64,000 bases of DNA from Vitreimonas sp. (GTDB taxonomy: Bacteria; Patescibacteriota; Microgenomatia; UBA1400; PJMF01), in assembly GCA_035627515.1 (NCBI GenBank), contig DASPLQ010000012.1:199269-263268 (forward strand). The letters are read 5' to 3'. Made by a program: the position numbers and the translations under genes. Positions 28,297-38,984 of this stretch are shown here, piece by piece. Below the pieces are notes generated by a model. The model ran no database searches. It worked only from the letters and a program-made list of their open reading frames with translations, and was not told where the DNA came from. Positions within the stretch are counted from its first letter, which is position 1. Each line of letters opens with the position of its first letter.

Positions 28297-30513
28297 ATGT
28301 CAGTCAGGAAAATCATTGTTTGGTTATTTCACTTGTTAGTGTGGACTGTGCCCTTCTTTTTTACTTGGGTAAATGAAGAGTTATTTGAGTTTAATAAGAT
28401 GTTGCTCACCTACGCTCTGACTGCCCTGATCTTGGGCGCTTGGGCTACTCGCTGTGTCTTCGAGCAGAGACTCGTTTGGCGCCGGACACCACTTGATCTA
28501 CCGCTCGCCATTTTCTTGGGTTCACAACTGCTGTCCACTATCTTATCTATTCACCCCCGCACCTCATTCTTTGGCTACTACACTCGTTTTCATGGTGGCT
28601 TGCTGTCTACTCTTACCTATCTTTGTTTGTACTATGCCTTTGTCAGCAATGTCACGCGCAAAGAAGTCAAACATTTCCTGATCTCTGTTTTAATCGCCGC
28701 TGCCGGAGTGTGTTTATATGCAATTCCTGAACACTTTGGTCACTCACCTAGTTGCTGGTTAATCACTGGGGGGGAAATGTTCGACGTCACCTGCTGGGTC
28801 CAAGATGTCAAAACGCGGGTGTTTGCTACCTTTGGTCAACCTAATTGGCTAGCGGCCTACGTGATCATGGTACTACCATTGACTTTAAGTTTGATGATGA
28901 CCTCTACCGAAAAACTGGGCGTAAAAAAAGCAAGCTATTTAGTACTGAGTTGGTTATTAGTTTTGACCTTGATCTTTACTAAGTCGCGATCAGGTTTGTT
29001 GGGCATGGTGATTGGCGTAGGAATCTGGGGGTTAGGGTACTTATGGCTCTGGAGTCGTCGACATCTTACTCCCCAAGCTTTTGCTCCTTTAGTTATTTTC
29101 GGCACCATTTCTCTAGGGCTCTTTTTTCAATTCGATCCCTATGTCTTACCTCTCTTGAACTCTAAGCTCAACTTGTGGCGTAGTGATGCTTCTCAAATAG
29201 AATCATCTTTAGCTACTCCTGCTCCCTCACCCCTTGAGGTGCCAGCGGTTATTAATCGTTTAGATATTGGTGGCACTGACTCCGGTGAGATTCGTAAAAT
29301 CGTGTGGGAGGGCGCGATCTCAGTTTGGCAGCGCTACCCTTTATTTGGCTCTGGGGTGGAAACCTTTGCTTACAGTTATTACCAAGATCGGCCGTTAGCT
29401 CACAACCTGGTTAGCGAGTGGGACTTTTTATATAACAAAGCCCACAATGAGTTCCTCAACTTCTTAGCCACCACTGGCTTGGTGGGCTTGGGGGCGTATA
29501 TCGGGGTGTTATTACTTTATGGGAGTCTTAGTGGCCGCACTATCCTGGCGGCTAGTAGTGACTATAATCACTCTTCTCCATCCTCAAGCTCTGAAACTAT
29601 CGACTTCGCGCCCTTAATTACGCTTGGTTTGGTCACCGGCTTGATTAGTTTAAGTGTTTCTAATTTTTTTGGATTTTCCACCGTAATGGTGACAGTCCTG
29701 CATTATTTATTTATGGCTTGTTATGTAGTTTTAAACTATTCGCCTCCCGCAGTAACCAGCGACCACTCAGTAAAAACCCCTGAACTGAGCGCCTCTCAAA
29801 TTGGGGGGTTGATTGTGATTGGGGGCCTGACATTCTTTTTGTTAAGCCAAGTAGTAACCATGTGGCAAGCCGACGCTGCGTACACTCGAGCTAAAGCTTG
29901 GATTAGCGCCGGCAAAGGCACCCCAGCGCTCGAAGAGCTGGAAGCGGCCATCCGCCTCCAACCTAAAGAAGCGCTGTTTTATGATGAACTAAGTGATTTA
30001 TACAGCCAGCTTGCTGTAGCTTCTGGTCAGCAAGGTCAAAGTAGCGCCAGCGCTGAAATTGCCCAAGCGGCTTTGAAAGCGAGTGAGATTACCCTCAATC
30101 TTAATCCTCGTCACTTAAATTTTTACAAAACTCGCGCCCGAATCTTAATCTCATTGAGTGGTTTGGATCCACACTTATTAACTGCGGCAGAAGACACCTT
30201 ACACCAAGCCTTGGAACTGGCCCCTACCGACGCCAAGTTACTGTATAATCTAGCCCTCGTTCAACTCAACAGTGATGATCCCGGCAAGCAAGCCGAAGGC
30301 TTGCGCAATTTGGAGAAAACACTCGAAATGAAACCTAATTATGAATCCGCCCGTCGCGAACGCGCTGATCAATATCTTAAAGTCACTGATTATGATCGAG
30401 CTTACCAAGAATATGAGTACATTGTGAAATTTATTAATCCTAATAATGCGTACGCCCGCCAACAGCTGGAAAGTTTAAATGCCTCCATCAGTGGCCAACC
30501 GTCCGCCAAGTAA
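28297..30513 (+). CDS. O-antigen ligase / oligosaccharyltransferase family protein with C-terminal TPRs
   Basis: Multi-TM; TFGQPNWLA, TKSRSG, GSGVETF, AHNEFL; TPR-like tail. Confidence 0.85.
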   Translation: MSVRKIIVWLFHLLVWTVPFFFTWVNEELFEFNKMLLTYALTALILGAWATRCVFEQRLVWRRTPLDLPLAIFLGSQLLSTILSIHPRTSFFGYYTRFHGGLLSTLTYLCLYYAFVSNVTRKEVKHFLISVLIAAAGVCLYAIPEHFGHSPSCWLITGGEMFDVTCWVQDVKTRVFATFGQPNWLAAYVIMVLPLTLSLMMTSTEKLGVKKASYLVLSWLLVLTLIFTKSRSGLLGMVIGVGIWGLGYLWLWSRRHLTPQAFAPLVIFGTISLGLFFQFDPYVLPLLNSKLNLWRSDASQIESSLATPAPSPLEVPAVINRLDIGGTDSGEIRKIVWEGAISVWQRYPLFGSGVETFAYSYYQDRPLAHNLVSEWDFLYNKAHNEFLNFLATTGLVGLGAYIGVLLLYGSLSGRTILAASSDYNHSSPSSSSETIDFAPLITLGLVTGLISLSVSNFFGFSTVMVTVLHYLFMACYVVLNYSPPAVTSDHSVKTPELSASQIGGLIVIGGLTFFLLSQVVTMWQADAAYTRAKAWISAGKGTPALEELEAAIRLQPKEALFYDELSDLYSQLAVASGQQGQSSASAEIAQAALKASEITLNLNPRHLNFYKTRARILISLSGLDPHLLTAAEDTLHQALELAPTDAKLLYNLALVQLNSDDPGKQAEGLRNLEKTLEMKPNYESARRERADQYLKVTDYDRAYQEYEYIVKFINPNNAYARQQLESLNASISGQPSAK

Positions 30514-30515
30514 GT

Positions 30516-31094
30516 ATGCAGATCATCACCGCGCCTCACTCTACCCTCCGCACTCCAGCTCAGCCTGTGACTGAGATCGATAAAAAAGTGTTGCAATTTA
30601 TTAGTGAGCTGTCAGCTACTTTAACCCACCAAGTCAAACCCCAGGGTGTAGGCTTGGCGGCCCCCCAGGTTGATAAAAAATGGCGCATGTTTGTGACTAA
30701 TATCACCGATGATAAGCCGGGTGCTGCCAGTAATTTACAGCTCTACATTAACCCTGTGATTGTGAAGCAGAGTCCCGATCTATCATTTGGAGATGAGGCC
30801 GATGGACATCCCGCTTTAGAAGGTTGTTTATCAATTCCTAAGATCTATGGTCCCATTCCCCGCCGAGCATGGGTGGAGTTGGAGTACCAAACCCTGACTG
30901 ATGACAAACTGGTTTCACATTCTGAGCGCTTTGTTGATTTCACTGCCCGAGTGATTCAACATGAGCTCGATCACTTAGACGGCATTTTGTTCACTGATTA
31001 TTCATTAGAATATGACTTGCCCGTTTATACTGAACCACCCCGCAGTGAACGCTTGATCGAGTTAGAAGATCGCAGTATTTTAGAAATTTTTTAG
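30516..31094 (+). CDS. def: Peptide deformylase
   Basis: GVGLAAPQ, EGCLS, QHELDH. Confidence 0.96.
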   Translation: MQIITAPHSTLRTPAQPVTEIDKKVLQFISELSATLTHQVKPQGVGLAAPQVDKKWRMFVTNITDDKPGAASNLQLYINPVIVKQSPDLSFGDEADGHPALEGCLSIPKIYGPIPRRAWVELEYQTLTDDKLVSHSERFVDFTARVIQHELDHLDGILFTDYSLEYDLPVYTEPPRSERLIELEDRSILEIF

Positions 31095-31105
31095 GGACCG
31101 ACGGT

Positions 31106-32119
31106 ATGATAGGCTCGCCCTCACTTTCTAAACCTAGTTTGATTTTTTTCGGCTCATTTTTGGAGTACTCAGCCTTGATTTTGGAGAGTTTAAGTGGCCA
31201 TGATGAGTTCAATCTAGTGGCCGTGGTGACCACTCCCCCAATGCCGCTGGGACGCAAACAAGTTATCACGAAAACTCCCGTCCATCTCGCGGCTGAAAAA
31301 GCTGGCATACCCGTTTTTACTCCAGAAAAATTAACGTCTGAAACTCTAGCAGCATTGCCTCCTACCGATTTATTTGTGACGGCGGGCTATGGCAAGTTAC
31401 TCCCCGTGGAGTGGTTGAAGGCTCCTCGCTTAGCGGCTCTCAACCTGCATTTCAGCTTACTACCTAAATATCGCGGCGCTAACCCCGCTGAATGGGCGTT
31501 ATTGCTCGGTGAAAGCACAACTGGTGTGACGTTAATCGAGATGAGTCCTGAGTTTGATACCGGGACGATGGTGGCTCAAACCAGCGTCGCCATTGAACCA
31601 ACCGATACCCGGGAAACAGTCTATCAAAAAGTGTATGAGTTAGGGGCAAAAACACTGCCGAGCATGGTAGCAGCGTATGTAGATTTTAAAGCCGGTCATG
31701 AAAGCTTAAAAACGTCTTCTGAGATTACTTTTTGGCTGCCGCCAATTCCTCAACCTCAGTCACCTACTCCGTATGCCAAACGTTTCACGCGTGAAGATGG
31801 GTTTATTGCTTGGGAAGCCTGGCAAGCAGCGATGATCGGTACCAACATCTCACCTGAACATCTTTCGCCGTTACTCCAACAAATTGCTGCTCACGTGCCG
31901 GCGGTTGACGCTCGCTGGCTGGAAACGACTACCCGTGCCTTGGCTGGCTTTCCCGGAGTCTGGACTCGAATTCCCACGACTAAAGGTGAAAAACGGCTGA
32001 AAATCTTGGCTGTGCGTGTCGAAGGCACGCGGTTAATGCTGGAAAAAGTGCAGATTGAGGGCATGCAGCCCAGTGGGTGGAATGAGATTAAAACCTTAGT
32101 AACGAACAAAAGTACTTAA
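31106..32119 (+). CDS. fmt: Methionyl-tRNA formyltransferase
   Basis: NLHFSLLPKYRGANP, DTG; adjacent to def. Confidence 0.93.
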   Translation: MIGSPSLSKPSLIFFGSFLEYSALILESLSGHDEFNLVAVVTTPPMPLGRKQVITKTPVHLAAEKAGIPVFTPEKLTSETLAALPPTDLFVTAGYGKLLPVEWLKAPRLAALNLHFSLLPKYRGANPAEWALLLGESTTGVTLIEMSPEFDTGTMVAQTSVAIEPTDTRETVYQKVYELGAKTLPSMVAAYVDFKAGHESLKTSSEITFWLPPIPQPQSPTPYAKRFTREDGFIAWEAWQAAMIGTNISPEHLSPLLQQIAAHVPAVDARWLETTTRALAGFPGVWTRIPTTKGEKRLKILAVRVEGTRLMLEKVQIEGMQPSGWNEIKTLVTNKST

Positions 32120-32122
32120 AAT

Positions 32123-34156
32123 TTAATGATGGGCATTTTTGAGTTCTTCTAAAATCTTAACCGTCTGATCTTGTTCTTGTCCATCAAAATTATTTTTCCA
32201 AATCGCATCTAATCTAAGTAATATTTCTTCACTATTGTCCCTCTCATGAGTGAACTCAGACCCAAATTCATTCTCCAACGCTTCATACACTGTTTGAGCT
32301 TTTAAAGCTAAGGGAGGCAATAACTTCTGTAATAGTGGCGCTTGTCGAGCTGCTATCAGTTGCATTAACTCATGTTCAACAACAGCCATATTAACTATCT
32401 TCTCAATGCCTTCCACAAATGGTTGTAATTTTTCTTCTGTTTGAGTATGAATTACCTTCGCCTGTTGCGTCAGCTGCGAAAGTTTTTCCTCTGTCAAAGC
32501 TGTGACTTTACCAAAATCATAACCATCATCCGTTCTAGTGAGATAAGCACCTCTCAATAACTGGAGCTTATCCAGATATTCTCCTCTTAGGAGGTCATAA
32601 TCTTCTTCAAGTTGACGCCATTGACTCCGATCTCGGAGAGTTAAATCCCAATAGCGAGTCAATTTTCCCAACTTGTAACTTACAACCGCAACTGCTGGTG
32701 CCGATTGGTCTCCAAATTCGCTCGTTAAGTCCTTAATTTTTTCTACTACTTCGACTGCTGCTGCTCGTTGAGTGTATTCGGAAATGGATGGGATTGTATG
32801 CTTCCATTCGGCAATTGGTGTTTCGAATAGTTGTTGCTTTATATTTGTGCTCAACAATGGCAACTCAGAAAAATAGTTTGTGGTATAAGCATCAGTTCTT
32901 TCAAGGTCAGCAATTTTTTTGACTCGCCGATATAAACTCCCCCACTTCACCCGCGTAATTTCCTCCCACCTTTCCAAAGGATACTGAGTAAGTGTTTGAA
33001 CGATTTCCTGTCGATATGTTTCAACTAGACCTAACTCGTACAAAAGCAGATACATACTATCCCAAAGTTCAGATATAAAACGTACATTTCGAGTTAATTC
33101 TTGATTATATTTTTGAGCTAGATCTCGATATAGATCTGGATCTGAGTTGCCTAAATACCCGGGATGAATATCAACCACTTTTAAGTAATGGTACATCAAA
33201 TTAATGGCTCCCTTTTTTTTAATGTCTTGAAAAACAGTTAAATCAGGCTCCCCTTCTTCGATCCACAATAAATTTTGTAAATAATGAAAATCACCCCCCG
33301 CCCGATTAAAGTCTGCGAGTAACTCATTTTTTGCCTCAGCTAAGGCGTCAGGTAATAGTTCATCAAAAACCGCTGTCCACTCGGCTTTAGTTTCTAAACC
33401 TCGCTCTTTAGCCTGCAAAACGGCCTTATTAAGTTCAGTCCTATTGCTGAGGCGCTTGGGGCTATTTCCCCCCCAGATCCAATCGTAGTTTCCGGTTTCA
33501 TGAAGAGCTTCTACCACAACATCATGGGTGGCATGATTGGACTCGTGAGCAACTACCCGCTTCTTTTCAGTATCAATTGGAATTTCTTTAACTAGAATAA
33601 AGGGAACCGGCTGAGGCACCTGAGAGAAAAACTTGGGCATGCTAACCGGTTGTGCCCAATTAAAATGACCCCCTGATTGAGGATCAAGTCTGAGTGCTGA
33701 CAGGTCTGCCGAGTGACTAGCCACCAACCCCAGTGCTAAGCGATGCCGTTGCAATGTAACTTCACCTTGTGGTTCACGCTGCGTCATTCTCTTAAATAAG
33801 AGTTTGCCTAATTCTATCAAGCTTGGTTCCGACGAGTCGATTGCTCCTTGAGTGGCTTCACGAACCAAGGAATGATAAATAGCTTTTACCAACTGCTCTC
33901 GTCGTTGAAACTCTTGGGAAAGTTTTTTTACGATACCAGCTTCATAGGTACTCAATGGGGTTAATTGGTGTGACTTTAGCTCAGTATTAATTGCATCGAT
34001 GAGTTCATCATCGTGATGGATATCATCAGCTTCTAGGGCTTCAAAAAAAATTCTTTGCGCAATCACCCCCCGCGCATCGCGCTGCAGCCACTCTTCCACA
34101 TTATCCCGCCAACCGGGAAACGGTAATATGCCATGAGAAGATTCAGTACTGTGCAC
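32123..34156 (-). CDS. Large hypothetical protein with HExxH motif
   Basis: 677-aa ORF; AHESNH and downstream KNELLAD. Confidence 0.6.
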   Translation of the reverse strand: MHSTESSHGILPFPGWRDNVEEWLQRDARGVIAQRIFFEALEADDIHHDDELIDAINTELKSHQLTPLSTYEAGIVKKLSQEFQRREQLVKAIYHSLVREATQGAIDSSEPSLIELGKLLFKRMTQREPQGEVTLQRHRLALGLVASHSADLSALRLDPQSGGHFNWAQPVSMPKFFSQVPQPVPFILVKEIPIDTEKKRVVAHESNHATHDVVVEALHETGNYDWIWGGNSPKRLSNRTELNKAVLQAKERGLETKAEWTAVFDELLPDALAEAKNELLADFNRAGGDFHYLQNLLWIEEGEPDLTVFQDIKKKGAINLMYHYLKVVDIHPGYLGNSDPDLYRDLAQKYNQELTRNVRFISELWDSMYLLLYELGLVETYRQEIVQTLTQYPLERWEEITRVKWGSLYRRVKKIADLERTDAYTTNYFSELPLLSTNIKQQLFETPIAEWKHTIPSISEYTQRAAAVEVVEKIKDLTSEFGDQSAPAVAVVSYKLGKLTRYWDLTLRDRSQWRQLEEDYDLLRGEYLDKLQLLRGAYLTRTDDGYDFGKVTALTEEKLSQLTQQAKVIHTQTEEKLQPFVEGIEKIVNMAVVEHELMQLIAARQAPLLQKLLPPLALKAQTVYEALENEFGSEFTHERDNSEEILLRLDAIWKNNFDGQEQDQTVKILEELKNAHH

Positions 34157-34200
34157 AAATTTTGTTGTAAGGGAAATCTAAAACAGAAAGTAGCCGAAGC

Positions 34201-34416
34201 TTAGTTCTGGGGTTTTTTCCAGTGAGTGGTGACACCAGCTTTTTTGAGTTGGCGTAACACACTAGTGGGCACGCGCATACGTTGCTTGACGCCATCTACC
34301 AAAACGGTGACGGTGTGCAAGTTATACTTGAAAGCGTGTTTAGTACGATTTTTAGCGTGAGAAACTCGATTACCGATGTGGGCGACTCGAGGAAATTTGA
34401 AAACAAAACTTGACAT
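34201..34416 (-). CDS. rpmB: 50S ribosomal protein L28 (no Cys)
   Basis: GNRVSHAKNRTK.AFK.NL. Confidence 0.9.
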   Translation of the reverse strand: MSSFVFKFPRVAHIGNRVSHAKNRTKHAFKYNLHTVTVLVDGVKQRMRVPTSVLRQLKKAGVTTHWKKPQN

Positions 34417-34499
34417 AAGATATGAATTGTATCATTTGTCTGCCTCTCGGGCAACGATGAGATAAAAACTTTAATTAGGTATAATGAAGAACTTACCAT

Positions 34500-35129
34500 A
34501 TGATTGATTTACTTTTTTCCAACCCACTTGCCTTTTTTGTCCTTTTCCCTGGACTACTGCTATCTATTGCCTTGCATGAGTTTGCTCATGCCTGGATGGC
34601 TGACCGCCTCGGTGATCCCACACCTCGTTATCAAGGCCGTGTCACCCTCAACCCTCTTGCCCATCTCGATCCGTTGGGGACTATGGCGATGTTGTTTACC
34701 CGTTTTGGTTGGGGCAAACCGGTTGAGTTTGATCCCTACAACCTCAAAAACCCTCCTCGAGATACCGCCATTATTGCCTTAGCTGGGCCTGCTCTCAACT
34801 TACTGATTGCCGCTAGCATCTCACTCGCGCTGCACTTTATCACTATTCCTAGCCTGTGGCTGATTGTGGCTTTAATTCAAATCATGCAGATTAACGTAGT
34901 CTTAGCTATTTTTAACCTAGTGCCTGTTTATCCGCTCGATGGCAGTAAAATTTTATTTGCCCTGCTGCCCAAACGCACCGCTTTTGAGTATGACGAGTTT
35001 ATGCGCCACTATGGCATGTTTGTACTGTTGCTGTTACTTTTCCCTTGGGGTAATCAAGCCTCACCGGTATCACTCTTAATTTCTCCGGTGATCGATATGG
35101 TGATGAATATCTTACTGGGTGGTTTTTAA
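34500..35129 (+). CDS. Site-2 protease, M50 family
   Basis: HEFAH, AGP, FNLVPVYPLDG. Confidence 0.93.
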   Translation: MIDLLFSNPLAFFVLFPGLLLSIALHEFAHAWMADRLGDPTPRYQGRVTLNPLAHLDPLGTMAMLFTRFGWGKPVEFDPYNLKNPPRDTAIIALAGPALNLLIAASISLALHFITIPSLWLIVALIQIMQINVVLAIFNLVPVYPLDGSKILFALLPKRTAFEYDEFMRHYGMFVLLLLLFPWGNQASPVSLLISPVIDMVMNILLGGF

Positions 35130-35137
35130 TCAATTCT

Positions 35138-35779
35138 TCAAAGTGCTGATAATAATTGGGACGCCAACTCAGGCAACTCGGTTAACGTTGTCATTTGTCG
35201 TTGGGGGGTAAACTCAGTCTCGGCTTCTCGGTTGATCCATATTGGCAGCGTCTGGGTTTGTGTCTCTAAAGTGGTAATTACTTCTGGTTTATCTTCCACA
35301 ATCACCCACCCTGGCTGCAACCGCTGCAGCACTTGCGGCACCTCTTTGCGTCGTTCAATAAAGTGTAGTTCTGGCTCAAAAAAGCTTTTCAAACCTGATA
35401 ACTCCAGTTTGGTCTGCTGAAAATCCAGATCACCTTCTGAAAAAATGCCGAGTTGGTACTGGGATCTCAACACCAGTAAGGTTGGTAAGACATCTGCATA
35501 CACCGCTTGCTGAAAATAAGCTGGTTGATAAAAAACCTGGGCCAGCTCCTCAATACTGCGCGCGTACACTTTCGACAAATGTGTCAAGTAATCCACGGGG
35601 TTAAAATCAGTATTTTTTACTAACTGATCAGTATACTGATTTTTGACTACCAACAGCTCCTCAACCTTTACGTTTAGTAACTCAGCTATCGCGGGATTAA
35701 CCAACTCTCCCGCCCAATACGGAGTGTCAAATAACGTCCGATCAATATCAAATAAAATCACAGCTTGGTGTTCGTTCAT
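35138..35779 (-). CDS. HAD-family hydrolase
   Basis: FDIDRTL motif I; VEDK. Confidence 0.85.
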   Translation of the reverse strand: MNEHQAVILFDIDRTLFDTPYWAGELVNPAIAELLNVKVEELLVVKNQYTDQLVKNTDFNPVDYLTHLSKVYARSIEELAQVFYQPAYFQQAVYADVLPTLLVLRSQYQLGIFSEGDLDFQQTKLELSGLKSFFEPELHFIERRKEVPQVLQRLQPGWVIVEDKPEVITTLETQTQTLPIWINREAETEFTPQRQMTTLTELPELASQLLSAL

Positions 35780-35889
35780 ATGTAAAATTATAATTATAAA
35801 TTAATTGATAGATAAATTTTTAATACTATTAAGAGTAATTTATGTGTTATTAAAAAAGAACAGCCCATCCACCCGATATTAAACCGAAA

Positions 35890-36357
35890 TTAAACCTTCA
35901 TTTCTAAACTCATATCGATGATATCAAAGCCACACTTTTTATAAAAAGCTAAGGCCTTTTCATTCTTTGCATAACAATTAACATACAGCTTATCGTAACC
36001 ATGTTTGCGTGCCCAGGTTCGACACTCTTGCATCAATGCGCCTCCTAAACCTTGAGAGCGATATGCCGGCGAGACTCCCATATTATCTACTTCCAGATAA
36101 CGACTATGGCGATAACTAAACTCACGAGGACTGGCAGCAACATAACCTGCTAATTTCCCCAGATCATCAGCCACGATACAACAAGAGTTGGTATCATTTA
36201 CAAGCTCCTGAAAGTACTTCTCACCTTCAGCCGATCGAGCCCAATCTAATTTTAAATCTGGATCGTATTGGTGGTTATCAATGAAAACTTCTTCATTCAA
36301 CAGCTGCAATGCAGGACCTTCATCAGTGCGGGCTAAACGAAAAATAACATTTGACAT
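35890..36357 (-). CDS. GNAT N-acetyltransferase
   Basis: YRSQGLG; NEKALAFYKKCGF. Confidence 0.9.
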   Translation of the reverse strand: MSNVIFRLARTDEGPALQLLNEEVFIDNHQYDPDLKLDWARSAEGEKYFQELVNDTNSCCIVADDLGKLAGYVAASPREFSYRHSRYLEVDNMGVSPAYRSQGLGGALMQECRTWARKHGYDKLYVNCYAKNEKALAFYKKCGFDIIDMSLEMKV

Positions 36358-36360
36358 TTA

Positions 36361-37272
36361 TTACTCCCTCTGCGATTCCCACCGTTGTGCCACAAACACT
36401 GAGATGACAATCAAGAGTGCACCCACTACTTCATAACTACCCATTACTTCTTGATACATCAAAAAGCCCACCAGTGGTCCAAAGAAATTTTCAGTCAGCA
36501 AGATCTGCCCACCTAAGACTGGATCCAGGTGTTTGAAGGCGTAGTTTTCAAAAAAAGTGGCAATGATGTTGAAACCGGCACCAATCGCCAAACCCATCAG
36601 AATGCCTAGTTTACTAAATTGAGTCACATCCACCACTTCCCCATTCAAGGTGGCCAAAACAAAGGCAGTGGCCGCCGCTATGCCCATGACTAAGACCGAG
36701 ACTTCACTATTATTTAAGTGGGCGGATAAAAATTTTCTCCCCACGGCGTAGGTAGCTCCCGCCGCTGCTGCTAATAACGCCATCAACTCACCATAGCCAA
36801 AGCCTGAGACTGTGGGCACCAATGAACGGGTCCCGATCACCATCACTCCATAGACTGAGAGCATCAATAACGCAGCTTGTGTCCACACAATCTTTTTTTT
36901 CAAAAACAGGACTGAGTAAAGGTAAATAAAGAAAGCTAATGTTGCAAAAATCACAGTCACATTGGCAATTTTGGCATTGAGCACCGCAATCGTAATAAAG
37001 TACACCATCAATCCATATCCAATAATCCCCATCACGCCTAAGCCAAGCCAATCTCGCCCCGGAGTAGTTTTAATCACTGACCAACGTAACTGGCGAGCAA
37101 ACAAAACCAGTGATACCACAAACGCTAGCGCTACCCGCAAATAAACTTGCGTCAAAGGTGAAAAACCGTCTCCCAGCAGTCGGACTGCTACATTGAGAAG
37201 TGAGTACCCAAAAGCCACAATTAACAAAGCCATAATCGACAGCGAGCGGTGGGAGATGGCAGATTTACTCAT
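36361..37272 (-). CDS. EamA/DMT family transporter
   Basis: About ten TM helices in two repeats. Confidence 0.85.
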   Translation of the reverse strand: MSKSAISHRSLSIMALLIVAFGYSLLNVAVRLLGDGFSPLTQVYLRVALAFVVSLVLFARQLRWSVIKTTPGRDWLGLGVMGIIGYGLMVYFITIAVLNAKIANVTVIFATLAFFIYLYSVLFLKKKIVWTQAALLMLSVYGVMVIGTRSLVPTVSGFGYGELMALLAAAAGATYAVGRKFLSAHLNNSEVSVLVMGIAAATAFVLATLNGEVVDVTQFSKLGILMGLAIGAGFNIIATFFENYAFKHLDPVLGGQILLTENFFGPLVGFLMYQEVMGSYEVVGALLIVISVFVAQRWESQRE

Positions 37273-37274
37273 AC

Positions 37275-38264
37275 CTATACTTTACCAGCTACCTGGCGCA
37301 ATCCTGCTAATAAGTTATCCTCCACTTCAATTTGACCCGTTTTAAGGTGTTGCGCCGCCAAACGATTACCTCGTTCCCCTGGCAAGAAAATCTCTTCAAC
37401 GCCCTCCAATCTTTTGGCGTTTTTGACGCGCTCAACCAATTGTGTCGTTTCAGAAATAAATTTTTCACGATCCACTAATAACTCAGGATCCATCACATAC
37501 AGTAAATTGCCCCAATCTTGATTGCCACCTAAACCGACAAAGGATGCACCAACGAGTGGCCCCGTTAACACTTCCACCATTAAACCTAATCCAGCGCCTT
37601 TATGGCTACGATCGAAAGGTCTAATCGCTCCTTCCATGCCTTTAGCAGGATCAGTAGTTAAGTTGCCTTCACTATCATAGGCCACGTCACCAGGAATGGT
37701 CTGTCCTGCTGTCTTCGCCTGAACTAAACCAAAATAAGCCATAGCTGAAGTGGCCATATCTAATACTAATGGTTCACCTTTGGTAGGAATACCGATTGCT
37801 AAAGGATTTGTTCCAAATAGTGCTTCATAGGAGCCATGCGTAGTCACTGTAGGAGGTGAACCTGCAAATACCCAGCCTATATACCCTTGCCGAGCAATCT
37901 GCTCTGCGTAATAGCCAATTGCTCCTGTGGAGCTAGCTGTATGATTGGTGCCCACGATACCAAAACCATGTTCCTTAGCCTTAGCTAACACCATGCCTAG
38001 GGCTTTCTTCATTACCACCATACCTTGATTGTGATTTCCATTCAAAAGCGCTGACAGCTTAGTTTCGCGTTCAATCTTCATTTCCCCAGCCCGAACATCT
38101 TTAGGCAAACCTTTACCAATTAACTTCACTACTCCCTGATTATTTCCCCGCAACTGGGCATATAACAGCACCTCACTTATAACTTCAATTTCATTTTCAT
38201 CATAGCCATAGTGAGCTAAAGCTTTACGTGTCAAATTGGTTAATTCGGCAACAGAAATCTTCAT
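37275..38264 (-). CDS. Type 2 malate/L-lactate dehydrogenase family (Ldh_2; ComC/AllD-like)
   Basis: FGTNPLA, LDMATS, HKGAGLGLMVE.L.G, LPGE. Confidence 0.9.
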   Translation of the reverse strand: MKISVAELTNLTRKALAHYGYDENEIEVISEVLLYAQLRGNNQGVVKLIGKGLPKDVRAGEMKIERETKLSALLNGNHNQGMVVMKKALGMVLAKAKEHGFGIVGTNHTASSTGAIGYYAEQIARQGYIGWVFAGSPPTVTTHGSYEALFGTNPLAIGIPTKGEPLVLDMATSAMAYFGLVQAKTAGQTIPGDVAYDSEGNLTTDPAKGMEGAIRPFDRSHKGAGLGLMVEVLTGPLVGASFVGLGGNQDWGNLLYVMDPELLVDREKFISETTQLVERVKNAKRLEGVEEIFLPGERGNRLAAQHLKTGQIEVEDNLLAGLRQVAGKV

Positions 38265-38917
38265 AAAGACAACCTTTCAAGATCATGGCAGTGCTTGTGA
38301 TTTATTTTGAAGTATAGCAAAGTTTTGTCCATGGTGATGAAGAAAACAATAGCATTAATCATTAATACAACCGTTCTTTGCCACCCTAAAAACCACCAAC
38401 TTAATATCCCTAAAATAATGTCAAAATAAAAAAAGATTCTAGCTGGAGCAATATCCTGATTAAACCGCTTCACTAGAGGTACAATCAGAGTATATCCACC
38501 CACCCCGTATCCATACTCCACCACCACACCGATGGTTATACCTCCGATCATGCCGAATAATCCTACTGACAGCGCCTGCCACCAGATACTGAGAGTAGTG
38601 ATGGGAGTCAAATTTAATAGGTTTCTAAAGATGTCTATCAGCATAGCCAGTAAGCTATATCCATATAATGCTCGAGTTCCTACCGTTTTGCCAGAGACTA
38701 AGAATGTCAAAGTAATTAAAAACGTGTTAGCCACTAACAAAACCTGACCTACTGTCCAAGGTGTCAAATAACTTACTAACAAAGCATATCCAGCTAAGCC
38801 ACCACTGACCAAGTGATACTGCCACGAAAGTATATTAATGAATAATGCATATACGGCAATTGCAGCAGTGACTATCACCCATTCAATTGCAGTATGTTTA
38901 TTTATTTTGACATTCAT
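38261..38917 (-). CDS. YitT-family membrane protein
   Basis: SGGLAG, multi-TM, G.GG..I motif. Confidence 0.7.
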   Translation of the reverse strand: MNVKINKHTAIEWVIVTAAIAVYALFINILSWQYHLVSGGLAGYALLVSYLTPWTVGQVLLVANTFLITLTFLVSGKTVGTRALYGYSLLAMLIDIFRNLLNLTPITTLSIWWQALSVGLFGMIGGITIGVVVEYGYGVGGYTLIVPLVKRFNQDIAPARIFFYFDIILGILSWWFLGWQRTVVLMINAIVFFITMDKTLLYFKINHKHCHDLERLSL

Positions 38918-38957
38918 AATACTGTATAATACCTGGAGTTATAAAATATTCACCTTG

Positions 38958-38977
38958 TTGTCCACAAATGTGGACAA
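38958..38977. promoter_or_regulatory. Palindromic operator TTGTCCACA-AA-TGTGGACAA
   Basis: Perfect 9-bp inverted repeat in the divergent promoter region. Confidence 0.7.
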
Positions 38978-38984
38978 AAAAAAT

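Noticed and set aside
33077-33091. AAAACGTACATTTCG match to the core of the palindromic element
   Set aside because: Inside an intact CDS and lacking the inverted-repeat arms; probably chance
35780-35860. Very AT-rich stretch as a replication origin
   Set aside because: No DnaA-box cluster or dnaA nearby; more simply a promoter or island boundary
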